Shown: piece by piece, positions 36,779-49,300 of the stretch
Layout: every line of letters begins with the position of its first letter
How positions within the stretch are numbered: position 1 is the stretch's first letter
NCBI GenBank assembly: GCA_046563655.1
Contig: CM102285.1
Location: forward strand, 4,092,001-4,156,000
Length of the DNA stretch: 64,000 bases
Source of the DNA: Yuukianura sp. NJ FZ-2021
Lineage: Eukaryota
Direction: 5' to 3'
Notes under the pieces: generated by a model
The model's database searches: none
Told to the model about the DNA's origin: nothing
Seen by the model: only the letters and a program-made list of their open reading frames with translations
Translations under genes and position numbers: made by a program

Positions 36779-39700
36779 ATGAATTTGTTCACGAATTTCT
36801 TAGTACTTTTGGTTGTTTCACAGACCAAGGGCGAATTGTATATCGATGTAAGTACATCAAAACTTAGTTGGAAAATGTTTATATAAATTAATATAGAACG
36901 TTTAATTATTTCTTAAAAAAACAATTCAATATAATACATGCTATATATTTTGATTTTTAAAGGAAAATATAATGATACTGGAAGGAAATAAAACTTTTCT
37001 GGAGGATTTGGACGGAGTTGAGAAAATGTTAGGAGTCGATGGTGAGTGCACACTGAAAGCAGTGGAATTGATACTTGTGCGTGTGAAGAGATCTACACTC
37101 GTAAATTTTTTAACCAATTGTACCAATTTGACAACTTTGAAGTTGACAAAAGTAGCGTGGGAGTGGAAAACTGAAACGAATTTCAAAAAGATTTACCTTC
37201 CAAATTTAACATATTTTGCATTTGAACCAATTCGTGATGCACAATGTGCTGAGAGCGTCGGAGAAGAGTTAGAGTCGGTCGTCTTCTTTTATACAAATGT
37301 AAACACAGGAACAGGGATATTCACAGTACTCCAGCATTTGAAGTTTGACATTTATTTCTTTCCTGCACAAGATGGATTGTTGCGATTGAGCACGTCAACG
37401 TTGGAAGTAAGGAACATTAAAGATGACGCCAGTTGGAGACTGTTGTACGGCATGATCCCAAAGTTCAAAACATTCCAAGCAGAGTACTGTACAATAGATG
37501 TGAAGTCGTTGAACTTGACCTATGTCCAAACTCTGTCTTTGCGCTCCAATGACCTCATCGGTGGGACAATTTCACAACTTATAAAGTCAGTTGACCTTCA
37601 ATCTCTACATATTTACAGCAAAGTTCCTGAAGCAATCGCAATTCTTCCACCCAAATCACTCGTGAGAATTGTAACAGAATCGTCGAGTTTCCGCTATAAC
37701 TCAGCTCCTCCTCACTTAAGACAACGATTCAACAAACTACAGGAGATAAGAGTGACCTTTGGTGACATTGACCTCGGCATTTTTAATTTATCCAAACAAT
37801 TTAACCGACTTACAACTCGTATTTGTGGAATACTAAACTTGATGATATGTTGAAAAGCCATGAATTGGAAGTTCTGTCCATCAACTGTCAGTATTTGGAT
37901 GACGGGTGTCCCGTAGTTGACCTGGGGTCACACGGATTGGGGTCAATACGAGGGTTGTCGTTGCAGTTTGTTGACATTAAAGCCAAAATGCTGCCAGTAC
38001 GGCCGTTGTCAAGTATAAGGCATTTGACATTCAAGAGGTTTACAATTGACCACAACTAACAACTTTAAACAATATTGGCACTATTTTTCCTCATGTAGCG
38101 GTAATTGAATTGGATATGGAGGATGTTTTAGATGAAACATTGCTTTTACAATTTGTAAAACACGGAATTCAAAATATCTATATCAAAATACCTGCGCATG
38201 ACCCTGGAGAAAAGGTCAAAGGTCAATTTCAAACAGTCATCAAAACAATTTTAAACGCAACATTTGCCGATCACACATATAAAGGAGAACACGTAGTATT
38301 GTTTACCCTAAACGGGGCAGATGGATACAGGTTTAGCTATGTACGAGCGGACACATGGCTCAGAAAAGAGTACAGGATTGTACGTCATTTGAAATTACAT
38401 GGATTGTCGGAAAAGGAAATAACTACAAGGTTGTTGTCACAAATCTACAACACGTACATGGCATTTGTTTACTGCATTTGTGGCATTGGACTGGCTTGTA
38501 ACTGCTTGAGCTTCGTTGTGCTCATGCGAAAAGCAATGCGCAGCTCAACGAGCACACTTCTCTTGGGACTCACATGCTGCGATTCCATGTACTTAATGAC
38601 GTCGTTTGTCACGTCGGACGAATTCGGCAACTTGTTTCGTGATAAATTACTGCGCTCAAATTTGAATGGATATTTAGCTTACCCAATCAACAAAACAAGT
38701 AAATATTTAAGCTTACAATCATTATATACTTGAACTACTTGTATGTTTATTATATAAACTATGTCATAATACGCTTATTCTTTTCCTCTAGTGTACACAG
38801 CGTCGGTGTATATGACGATTTTGGTTACGGTAGAACGCTTTGTTGCAATTTCGAAACCACTGCAAGTATCATCAATTTTTACAATACGGAAGGCACGACG
38901 ATACTGTAAGTGTCAAAAAGGTCAACGGGCCACTTCGAGCAAGTGCCCTACCCGATTGTCCACTTAGCGTAGGGGCGTGGTCACCTGGCGCTAGAAAGGC
39001 CAATTAGGTCTCGTAAAAATCGAAGTTACACCCTTAAGGGGTCCGTTGAACCGGTCAGCAGACCCACTTCGCCACCTTGGGCAGTCAAAGACTACCCGCG
39101 TCGGTGGCGCGGAGTGGACGCTGAAGGGACTCCTAATAGACAGGGGCCCACTTAACTGTACGCCCCACCTCCTTGGGTCAGTCGCAACTGCCCGTGTCGG
39201 AGGCGCAAGGCGCACGAAGGGAATTCCGGTGGAGGGAGCCCTAACCTTTTGACGGGTGAACCCGTCCAGGAGCCGACAGGCCCTGATCCCTTCCCAGTCC
39301 CGGTCCCTCAAGTCTTCTAACCAATAATTGAATTGTTGAGCTTTGTTTGTTATGTACCTTGGCTTTTAGCTTCCTTGTCTGCTGGAGAGGTCCTAGCTGC
39401 AGTGAATGATCTCAAGCTGTCCCTTGGAGGCAGGAAGAAATGACGAAGAGTGAAGTGGAGAAGCTTCTTGAAAACTTTGGTTTTTAAATTTTATTTTTCT
39501 TAAAAGGAAGTTTTGAACTTTAAAATTTTCGAATTTCTAACTTGAAAGTAACAGCTAAGAAGTAAACTTAAATCGAAATCTAACTGAAGGAAATGATCTT
39601 CGTTTGCATGCTTGCACCCTATATTTATAGATGTTACTTTTAGTTGCTACCCTGCAACTCTTGACATTGTATTTTTCGCAAATTTTGAGAAATTTGCAAC

Positions 39701-40673
39701 TTTGTATTTTCTATAATCTAAAACCATGTTCAAGCCAACAGCAATCTCAATTGCTGGTGACTTGAGTCTGGTGTCTTCCCATGCACTCTAATGCATCTGC
39801 AACTTAGAGCTTAACCTAATTGATCCCATTAGTGTCAACGCCTAAGTCTTTCTCTATCAAATTTACGACACTTTAAGTTTTTCTACAATTTTACTAAATT
39901 TTAGCAACATTTTTTAAAAACAGCGAAATGAATGACCTAATACAAACCGGTTAAAACCGGATCTTATTTTAAAACTACCTTCATGCACCTTTTTCCAGGT
40001 GTTACAATACACACTGACAGTATTTGGATTTGCAACATTTTTGAATTTACCGCGGTGGTTTGAATTTGTGAAATGGAGCTACGAAACATCTTCTCCTGAG
40101 TGGAGCAGCAGTTTCCCGCGTCAGTTGCACAGATATCCACTCTACCAAATCATTTACCAGCAACTGCTCTGGTATGTATGCATCTACTTCATTCCATTTG
40201 TTACCATCGTCACACTCAACATAGTCATCATTCGAGCGGTAAAGTTTGAAAGAAAGGTTTTAAACAATACAAAACTAAATAAAATGTGTTGCTTTATTGT
40301 TATGTTTAAGGTAACCAAAGCAGCAAAAAAGCGACGCCTTACGGCCACCAACAATAGTACAGCGCATGACTCTTCCTTGACTAGAATGTTGCTTTCAGTT
40401 GTGTTTGTTTTCCTCCTGCTTAACTCTGTGGCTGCTGCACTGGAACTCAACTTTATTCTGAAGGGAGTGGAGCCTGAAGTTGCAGCCACAATTGTGTGCG
40501 TCCCAATACTCGTCAATTCTGCAATCAATTTCATCCTTTACTGCTTGCTCGGCAACAAATTTCGAACAGAGTTCAAACTTCTAGTGCGACAAGTTGCCAC
40601 ATGGATATCAGCTAATTGTACTCGCAGACGAATACGCAGATCAAATTCAGTTGAGTTAAGGGAACGTAATTAA
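36779..40673 (+). pseudogene. LRR-GPCR paralog, disrupted
   Basis: Full-length homolog of 31441-34250 with frameshifts near 37810 and 38055 and a solo LTR inserted in the exon just before TM4. Confidence 0.87.
38905..40006. mobile_element. Solo LTR (probably Ty3/Gypsy), 1102 bp
   Basis: TGTAA...TTACA termini and a 4-bp TSD ATAC (38901-38904 and 40007-40010). Removing it restores ...ARRYTL... as in the intact paralog. Confidence 0.85.
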
Positions 40674-40980
40674 GTAGCTAGATATCACGAATTCATATTT
40701 TTGTTAACGTTTCTCTGACTTTGGAACTCAAATTTGTGAAATTTTGAAATATCTCAGCAAGTTTCTTAGGCGGTTCCGCACATGAGCATTGTGCCGGTAT
40801 AGGAGAATGATGAAAAACTTCGGGAGAAAGTTCTGATGAAAGCAGAAAACTTTTTTTAGCTCTTATGCGTAGAAAGATTCACAAATCAGTCGAATTTGGA
40901 CAGCACAAGAAACAACAATACCAAAACAATTTTTTTCAAAAACTGCTCAAACTTTTTATAATTTTCCAAAATTTTGAGTA

Positions 40981-42190
40981 ATGGGCAAAGATTTAGATGC
41001 TGCTGAGGAGGAAGTGACCGCGAAATCTTCATGGGTGAGGTCATCCGGGTCAACCAATTTCTAGGCGTTTTTCCACACAAATTCTGCGGTAGCCAACTCC
41101 GTTTCGGTGGTGGTCGGCGTCCTGCATCAAAACTTTTTTGAACCTTGCAATTCTATTGGTCTATCTTGGATTTCTGACGTTCCAATTGGTCCTTTCTCTT
41201 TGCCATGCGGAAAACATACTTGTCCTAACTCAACTTTGCTTCTGGATGGCCGCATGGTCCCTATTCCTACCTTCATCCCAGAGGTGGTAGCCTGCAGGTA
41301 ATCCTGCGCAGGTTGCAGGCCAACCTGCAGCCCGTGCACGCGGGCTCAACCTGCGGTGGATTTTTGCAGGCTGCAGGCGTGCAGTTTTTTATTTGGAAAT
41401 GTTGCAGGCGAGCGGGTTCAGCCTGCAATGCTCTGCAGGCGCCTGCATTTGGCCTGCAGGCTGCGGGTTGTGAATTTTTGAGTGTTTTATTCTCTGAAAC
41501 TTCAAGAAAAGATAGAAACGAATAGAAAAATTACTTTGGAATGTTGAAGAATTAAAGTCAATGGAACTAATGTAAACTTTTTGCTGCACATTAGTTGCAC
41601 TATAGGGCTTTTAAACAATAAATAATCAATCCGGAGGCAGAAGAAATATGGTTAAGTAAAGTTGGCGTTACACTTGCACGTGTAGACAACGCAAGATTTG
41701 ACAGTATAACTTTTGCGGATTTTTTTATGTGCAAGGATCAAGAATTTTTAAAAGTTAAACAAACTAAAAGTAAGGTAGCAGTGTCGCCAACAATTTATTA
41801 CTAGGAATTTTTCTCCCTACGTCTTTGGAAAGGACAACCGACAGATAATCGAGGGTGATTGAGTAATTGCCGTTATACGCAAACGAATTTACGCAGTAGT
41901 TGTAAGTGTATATTAAAATTTTCGCAGATTACAGTTCGTATAAAAAAAATTGCAGGCTAACTGCAGGCAGCCTGCGCAGGCTGCAGGCTGGCCTGCCAAA
42001 GAGCCTTGCAGGTGCAGGCGTGCAGGCTGCCGATTTTCGATAATTTTGCAGGCTGCAGGCGTGCAGGCTAAAAATTCCTGCAGTGCAGGCGGAGCAGGTT
42101 GGGGAAAATAGTTGCAGGCTACCACCTCTGCTTCATCCTCTAACTATCTTTCTACAAACGACAACAAACTACCGATTTTTTTCTCAATTT
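40981..42190 (+). pseudogene. Second, truncated gustatory-receptor-like fragment
   Basis: 40730-41278 and 42131-42190 are collinear with 29060-29670. It has an early stop and is split by a MITE. Confidence 0.6.
41279..42130. mobile_element. hAT-type MITE
   Basis: 18-bp TIR CAGAGGTGGTAGCCTGCA / TGCAGGCTACCACCTCTG, 8-bp TSD CTTCATCC, many CTGCAGGC subterminal repeats. Confidence 0.92.
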
Positions 42191-43093
42191 GGACCGAATA
42201 CCGATCACACAATAACTATTTATCTTTCAAGATGCGGCCACTTTTCGGTTTTTGTGCTGCACAATTTCCACTTTTGCGTTTTTCTGTTGCAAAACTTTTA
42301 GCCCTACTACAAACATCCCCCAACAACACGGTTGCCCACGTATTTTTTTCTTAATTTTTGAATTTTTCGAGCTTGAAAGTCGCTAAAGTTGCCGGGTTTG
42401 GAGCCCAGATTTGATCAGTATTTGAGATGACGCCATTTTAAAAGTTTCACGCAGTTTTCTACAGGGTTTCATGTACTAGCTATGCTGAAAATTCCATCAT
42501 TTCATTCTTCAATGTCGTCATTTCAAATACAGCACAGGCCGATCATAGAATTCATTCTTTGTACGCCCCAAATACGTTATCCGTCAGGATGTCGAGACAA
42601 AATTTGGTTAACTTCACTCTTGTGGGGTGAGGCTACTAGCTATGGGGAACTTTTTTTGCGTTAACAGCTGAAACTATCACCGACATTTTTTGTTTACAAA
42701 TACATATGAGAAGACGATTGAATTTGTAATTTTGAAATTTAAAACTTGGACGACAGGTACATAAGTGAATGTGTTTCCCTCACGATGCATCGTGAATACG
42801 AGAATCTCGGCGCATCCAAGGATTAGTGATGCCCAATAGATTTAGTCAAGACTTTTTGTTGACGCAAGAGTAAGGTATAGCGGTTGAAACCACACTGCAT
42901 AACTAATTCCCGATTCGGCCCTGATATGGTTGTCTAACAACTAACAAACTAATGATGATAAGTTGATTAATTGAACTGATTATTTTCCTTATTAAATCTT
43001 CTAATCAAATGGGTGCAGTACCTACTCAATGTAGGGCCCAAAGATTTGACGGAAGTGGAAGAGTTACCGTTTCTTAAACTCCACGGTAACATA

Positions 43094-43106
43094 GTTACCA
43101 GGCAAC
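43094..43106. promoter_or_regulatory. RFX X-box-like site in the Set2 promoter region
   Basis: GTTACC-A-GGCAAC matches GTNRCC-N0-3-RGYAAC, about 240 bp upstream of the ATG, next to TACGTCA and ATTGG motifs. Confidence 0.3.
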
Positions 43107-43337
43107 CTTACGTCATCCCATTTCTTATTGGTGAAAAACATTGTAAAATGTAATGTTAGGTAATGTACCTAGCGAATCTTCTCTTGTTGTTGTTTTCAAA
43201 GGTAAAGGTAAAAGTAAAAAGAAAACGTCAAAGTAATCTCAGCTTTGTGTTTTGATGGTATGAAATGCTTCGTTGAAGAAGTTAAGGTGGGATAAGGTAT
43301 AAGTGTTACTCACGTCAGTTCCAGATCCTGATATAGA

Positions 43338-46300
43338 ATGGCCAGGGGCAAGGGAAAGGCAAGTATAATTTAACGATTATATTACACTGTAGTATCTTAG
43401 AAAGCATGCTGGCAGGTTTGGTTAGGTTACACGGGCAGGTTTTGTACGTGTGGAATTTTGCCTCTACATATTCCAATTTGAAATGAATTTGCATTTAATT
43501 GTTTTTGTCGTACTTGTAACTGTCTACAGGGGAGAGGAAAACCGCAGAGGGGTAGAGGAATGGGGAGAAGGCGAGTTCAACCCCAATCAGCCGCTGTTAC
43601 TCGCCCTTCTCAGAGCCAAAACGATGTTTGTTTGGATGATCGAATACCTGTGTTATTGATATCACGCCTGGAATCAATGGACATTAATCCAAGGAACTTA
43701 GGCAGAACCGAAGCAATTCAAACTGTTCCCATTGCAACTATCCCAACTGAACCCGCGAATAGTGAAAGTCACCGGAAATTACCGCTGGAGACGTCAGCTG
43801 CATTCCTGGACTCAAGCGTCACAGCAGTAACTCCTGTTTGCAATTCGTTTTCGCCCGACATTATTTCTTTTCAGCCAATCTCTACAAGCGAAAGGGAATC
43901 CGAAGTTTACTTCGATGAAAATGAGGGAATTGATTCAAACGATGATCAAGCAGATGCTGCTCGTAACTTGGACGAAGAGGAGAATGCGGATCTTGATTCC
44001 TCTTTAGAGGAGGACGGAATAGTATACACGCGCATATCCCAGATCGTCGCCTCAAGTCGTAAATATTTTTTTAACTCATCTGATTGTCAAAGGATTAAAC
44101 TTTAATTTATTACATCTCATTAGCAGGTTCAGAATCAATTGGAGCAAATTCTACGGAGATGGGGAAACTAAAGTCGATGGGAACTCAAGTCGAAATCACT
44201 GCTCTGACACAGTGTAAGAATACGACGGTTATCAGCCTCAGTGTGGTTCCTATTCTTGCTATTATTTCGAATTGCATACGCAGGACGGGACTGAGCAGTA
44301 CGTTTAGCGGTTACTGTATTTGCGTTTGCCTTATTTTGCAGCCTCGGAGTCCGCGGTAGTTGACAAGGAGATCACCCTGGATATTGAAGATGCCAATTCC
44401 ACGAGCACACAACGCTGCTCTACATTTACTACTTATATTACAACATCTGATGGTAAGCTACAGCATCTGATAAAATTCCTTAATGGTATTATTCCGCAAT
44501 CCGGATTTGAGATCTATTCGCATCATTATTTTATAGTCGCGGTCTCGGAATCGGCTATCACGTCGGATTTTGTTCGAGATGATGCGGGACTGGCCATGTT
44601 GACGAATGCACATTGTGATTCTGCTGAGGCTTCTGATGGTAAATCTTCATGTGTAGCAGTTAGCAAATAATGCTCATGTTAATCTTCGTTTCTCTGGGTT
44701 TGATTTGAATTTGGTTTACCAATTCCTAATAGCTTGTCTTAATTTTAAAGTGTCAGAGTCTGTTGTCCTTGCCATGTGTATATCTCCCCATGTGGACATG
44801 AAAGACGCCACTTTGGTCAACGTACAACATTATTCTGACTCTCCATCGGACGGTAAATTATTATGTATAATTTATTGAGTATCCTCATATGCTAATTATT
44901 ACTTTAAATCCAAACCTACCGATGATGTGACGTATCTAACCAGATTGGTATTTTGTATTGATTTTGAACTTGCAGTTTCATGTAACGTTACTAGTGTGGA
45001 GAATGCTGTTAGCCGGGATATGGAGGATAAGGATGTCAATTTGTCGAAGGCTCAAGCGACGCAATGCTACTCTCACTTTGCTGCTGATATTGCTTCGGAT
45101 GGTAATGTAAATACTGCTCCTAATGTGTGTTCTTGCATGTTGTCATATTTTATGGTCTCAGATTCCGTTATCACAGGTAATGTGGAGGTGGATGTGAAAT
45201 TGGAAGAGGACAATTCGACACACACCGAATTTGATTGTGATGTAGCCTGTAGCGGTAAGTACTCAATTCTATTAACGATTCCTTATTTTCGATCTAAGCG
45301 CCAAAACCATAAGCTATTATGTAGTGACTTACTTAGTTTTGTTAGTAATTTTTAGTAAATAGTAACCTTCAGCAATCTTAATTTTAGGTTCATATTTCGA
45401 TGTCATGGACAAAACTGTACAATCGGACTTGGAAGATAAGAAGTTGGAGAGCATGCAATTAGACTCTACTGTAGCTTCTAATGGTAACTATTTACAAATA
45501 TTTACTTATTGCATAAGTCGTGATTGTAGTCTAAAAATACGAACGTAGATGATCTATCCAATCATGCATTACCGTTTTCTATTGTGGTATTAGACTGTGT
45601 TCAGATGGGCAATCCTATTCGCGAGGATGTGAAGGGTGAGAAGTTGGGAAACACACAACGCGATTCTGCTGGGACTCCTAATGGTAAGAATTCTGGTAAT
45701 AATGTTTAATTTAAACGTTAAGTTTGGCTGGAAGTCAAAACCAGCCAATTTGTGGTGTGTAATTTTCATTTGCCTTAATTTAGTTCCAGATTCCATTTCC
45801 GTTGTCATGGACAGCGTTATCCGGGCAAGTGTGGATAATCCCAGTCAGACGACTCCATCCTCTTCTAAATCTAAAGCTAAATCTTCAAAAGGTCAGTTGA
45901 AGTTAACCACCCACTTGCCCGTTCTATTCCAGTTTACCTGAAATTGAAATTGAAATAGAGGATTTTAATAATTGAGTTTGGTTCGAACGATTGCAGCTAA
46001 AAGTATCCGTAGAAGCTCCAGAATCGAGACATTAGAATCACGACGTGGTGGTCAAAGAAGAAGGGAAGTTGTGTTTTCCGGTAGTTGGGAGAAAGAAAGT
46101 CGGACTTCCACAAACACTGGGGTCGGGGAAGACGAATCAAATCAACTGTCTAACATTACAGTGGCTACCACACCTTCACCTTTAGCCACAAAAACTGTCT
46201 CTGGTGTCTCAACTGGCTTCAGCTCTCCACCACGGGATACAAATGGCACTTCTTTGGCGAATGTGATCTTGTCTCCAGCTTCCCTTCTCAAGTTGAAATC

Positions 46301-49300
46301 TCGATGGCGTTTTTCTTCTGATGCTGAATCGCTCAATTTTCCGGGTACAGAGCCTGAAACATCTCAACCCCTGACTGTACCCACAGAATCAGCGGACGAG
46401 CTTCAACATAATCCAAACTTGGTGAAGAAGTCAGGCTTTATTTTATACGACCAGTCAGACACGGAGCTTGCAGAGAAATTAGCAAAGTTCCAAGGGATAG
46501 ACGAAAACGTGTTTCGCTCGGCGCAACGAACAATTAGTAAGGAGAGTCGTGGCTTATTATGCGACTGTTACCTGAGCAAAGACGAAATCATCCGAGGGGA
46601 GATCGGCTGTAATGAAAATTGCCTGAATCGGTTGCTCATGGTGGAATGGTAAGTTTTTATCCTGGAAGTTTTACAGTTTTAGTACCTACGTATGCTTTTG
46701 TTTTATTTCAGTGGAGTTCGATGTCCAACGGGGGAGAGATGTACGAATAAAAAGTTCCAGCGGAAGGAATATTGCAAGTTGGAAGTATTCAAGACTGAGA
46801 AGAAGGGTCATGGACTCAGGACGCGCCAAAGTTTGCCAAGGTATGAATAAAATGTGGTTCTGAAAATACAACGTAAGTAAGGAAGTGCAAATTCATCCTG
46901 ATTCTTAAAGTGAATTTGTTCGTTAGTGGTGGATTTGTCATTGAATACATCGGTGAAGTTCTCGATCCCCGAGGATTTGCTCGTCGAACCAAAGAATATG
47001 CAAAAGATAACCAGGAACATTTTTACTTCATGGCTCTCAAGTCAGACTCAATCATCGATGCTACTCAGAAAGGAAATTGTTCAAGATTCATTAATCATAG
47101 CTGCGACCCAAATTGCGAAACACAGAAGGTATTCTGAATTAGTGAATTCGAATTCACAAAACTCAGTTGAAGACATCTTGTATTTGTTTGACTTGCAGTG
47201 GACTGTAAACGGAGAACTTAGAATTGGATTTTTTGCAATCAAAGACTTAGCGCCGGGAGAGGAAATTACTTTTGATTATCAGTTTCAACGTTACGGGTAA
47301 CTCTCAACTAATGAGAACGATTCAGTTGTGATTTATGTCATACATAATTTGATAATTTCCATTTTTGGAAAAATTGTCAATGAACAGAAAGGAAGCGCAG
47401 AAATGCTTTTGCCTAGCATCAAATTGTCGTGGGTGGATTGGAGGTGATGAGAACGAAGAAGGAATTGAGACGCGTGAAGACGATGAAACTGAAGTCGGAC
47501 CAGAAGAAACTGAAACTACTGTTGTACGTCCGAAGGTTAAACGTCGATACGTGCGAAAGCAGAAAAAGGCGGAACAACTGGAAGACAAAGCTGTAAAAAA
47601 ACATTGTTTCAAAATAATTTGGAGTTGGGGCTAATAATTACACCTATCTTTTTTCAGTTTGAGGAGGAACTCTCCAAATTGGCTAGTTCAGGTCTTCGTA
47701 ACAAGAATCAAACACTGTCCCTTTGCCGACTCATGGTTCGAGCTGAAAAGTGGGAAGCCAGGGAACGAATTCTGAACATTCTGGTGAATGGCGATACACC
47801 TTGTCGACGATTATTTCTAGACTACCATGGCCTGCGTCTCATTTGGGGCTGGATGCTGGCCTTACCAACTCCAACTTCTGAAACGGATACATTTGAAAGT
47901 GACCAACACCACAAATTGGTGAGTTTACTGCTTGTTTATTTTATCTATTGTCAAGGTTTGTTTATTGAAATTTTTGTTTGTAATAGTTTATTAAAACGCT
48001 CAACTCTCTTCCTATTCCAAACAAAACTATGCTTCAAGACAGCAAAGTTTTGTCCGTGGTTGAAAAGTGGTCACAAGCAACTCCAGTTACAACTAGACTT
48101 GTCAAGATTATTAAACCCGAAGTTTCTGAAATGAACTCAGCCACGAAGGAAGAATGTGTTCAACCTGTTGCAGTTGCACAGCTCGAGGAACCGTTCAAAA
48201 GTTCTCCGGATGAGGAGCCCAGAGGTGATTTACTTACCGGAGATGCAAAAGTAGCGGAAACAAGTGCCAAGACAGACGAAGGAATCATAAAAATCAAAAT
48301 CGAACCGACAGAAGTAGATGTAGAACCTATGGATTCTGTTGCCGCTCATATAGATGGTGACGAAGACGCAACCGTCAAGGTTGACGCATCGGAGTCGATG
48401 GATGTTTCCACTACGATCTCGGATCCAGACAAAACTGCTGTACTTGTAAAAGTTGAAGAAGCATCGGAATCACTTGGCGTAACGAATGCTAATGCAGTTT
48501 CCGAATTACCAGATACGATTTTGTCTGACATCAAACCAAGCTTGGAAAGTTTAGAGGATGCCTCTAATATGGCAGAATCCGTGAAAAGCGATATCATGGA
48601 TGAAACGGTCACCGAGCAACTTACTTGGGACTTCGTCGATAAATCAAAAGAACTGCTGGCTTCCTGGTCAAGTCTCCAGGAGGTGTTTAGAATTCCAAAG
48701 AAGGAGCGTGTGGAACAAATGAAGGAACATGAAAGAGAAGCCGATAAAAGTGATCGCCAACGAACTGAAAGCGACAAGGAAAAAAGTGTAAGCTCCTATG
48801 ACAGAGACAGGTAAGCGAAGCCGGTTGAAAATTGATTGATTTTGATTTTTTTTTCTTGTGAATATTGTGACTGACGATGAGTTTTACATTTTTTGAAAAT
48901 CCCACAGGGGCTCTTCCAAATACCGCAGCAGAACGGATCGTCGAACATCCAGTACTACTAGTGATTCGCACAGTACTAGAGACCGAGACAGACCACGAGA
49001 TTATTTCAGAAATCGAGTTCCTGGTCAAGAAGTATTTTCGTCCGATGCATATTCTCACTTGTCCAAGGAGGAAAGAAGGAATTTATTTGCAGCCCGAGTA
49101 GCTCAGAAGGAAGCAAAAGACAGGGAGCAACGAATCACTGATGAAACCGTGTCTCTGCACCAAGAGAGATGCTTAAGGCTAGGTCTGGATGCAGCTACAA
49201 CTCCAGTTGTTGACCCTAGCTGCGTTTACTATTTGGATGCTTCCACCATAACCTGGAAAGAAATCAATTTTTATGGTAATTTACTTTTCCTCACATTATA

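Noticed and set aside
38905-40006. The solo LTR might be spliced out (T|GTAAGT at its start, TTTTCCAG near its end), rescuing the GPCR
   Set aside because: That splice leaves 13 extra nt (out of frame), and the gene already has upstream frameshifts.
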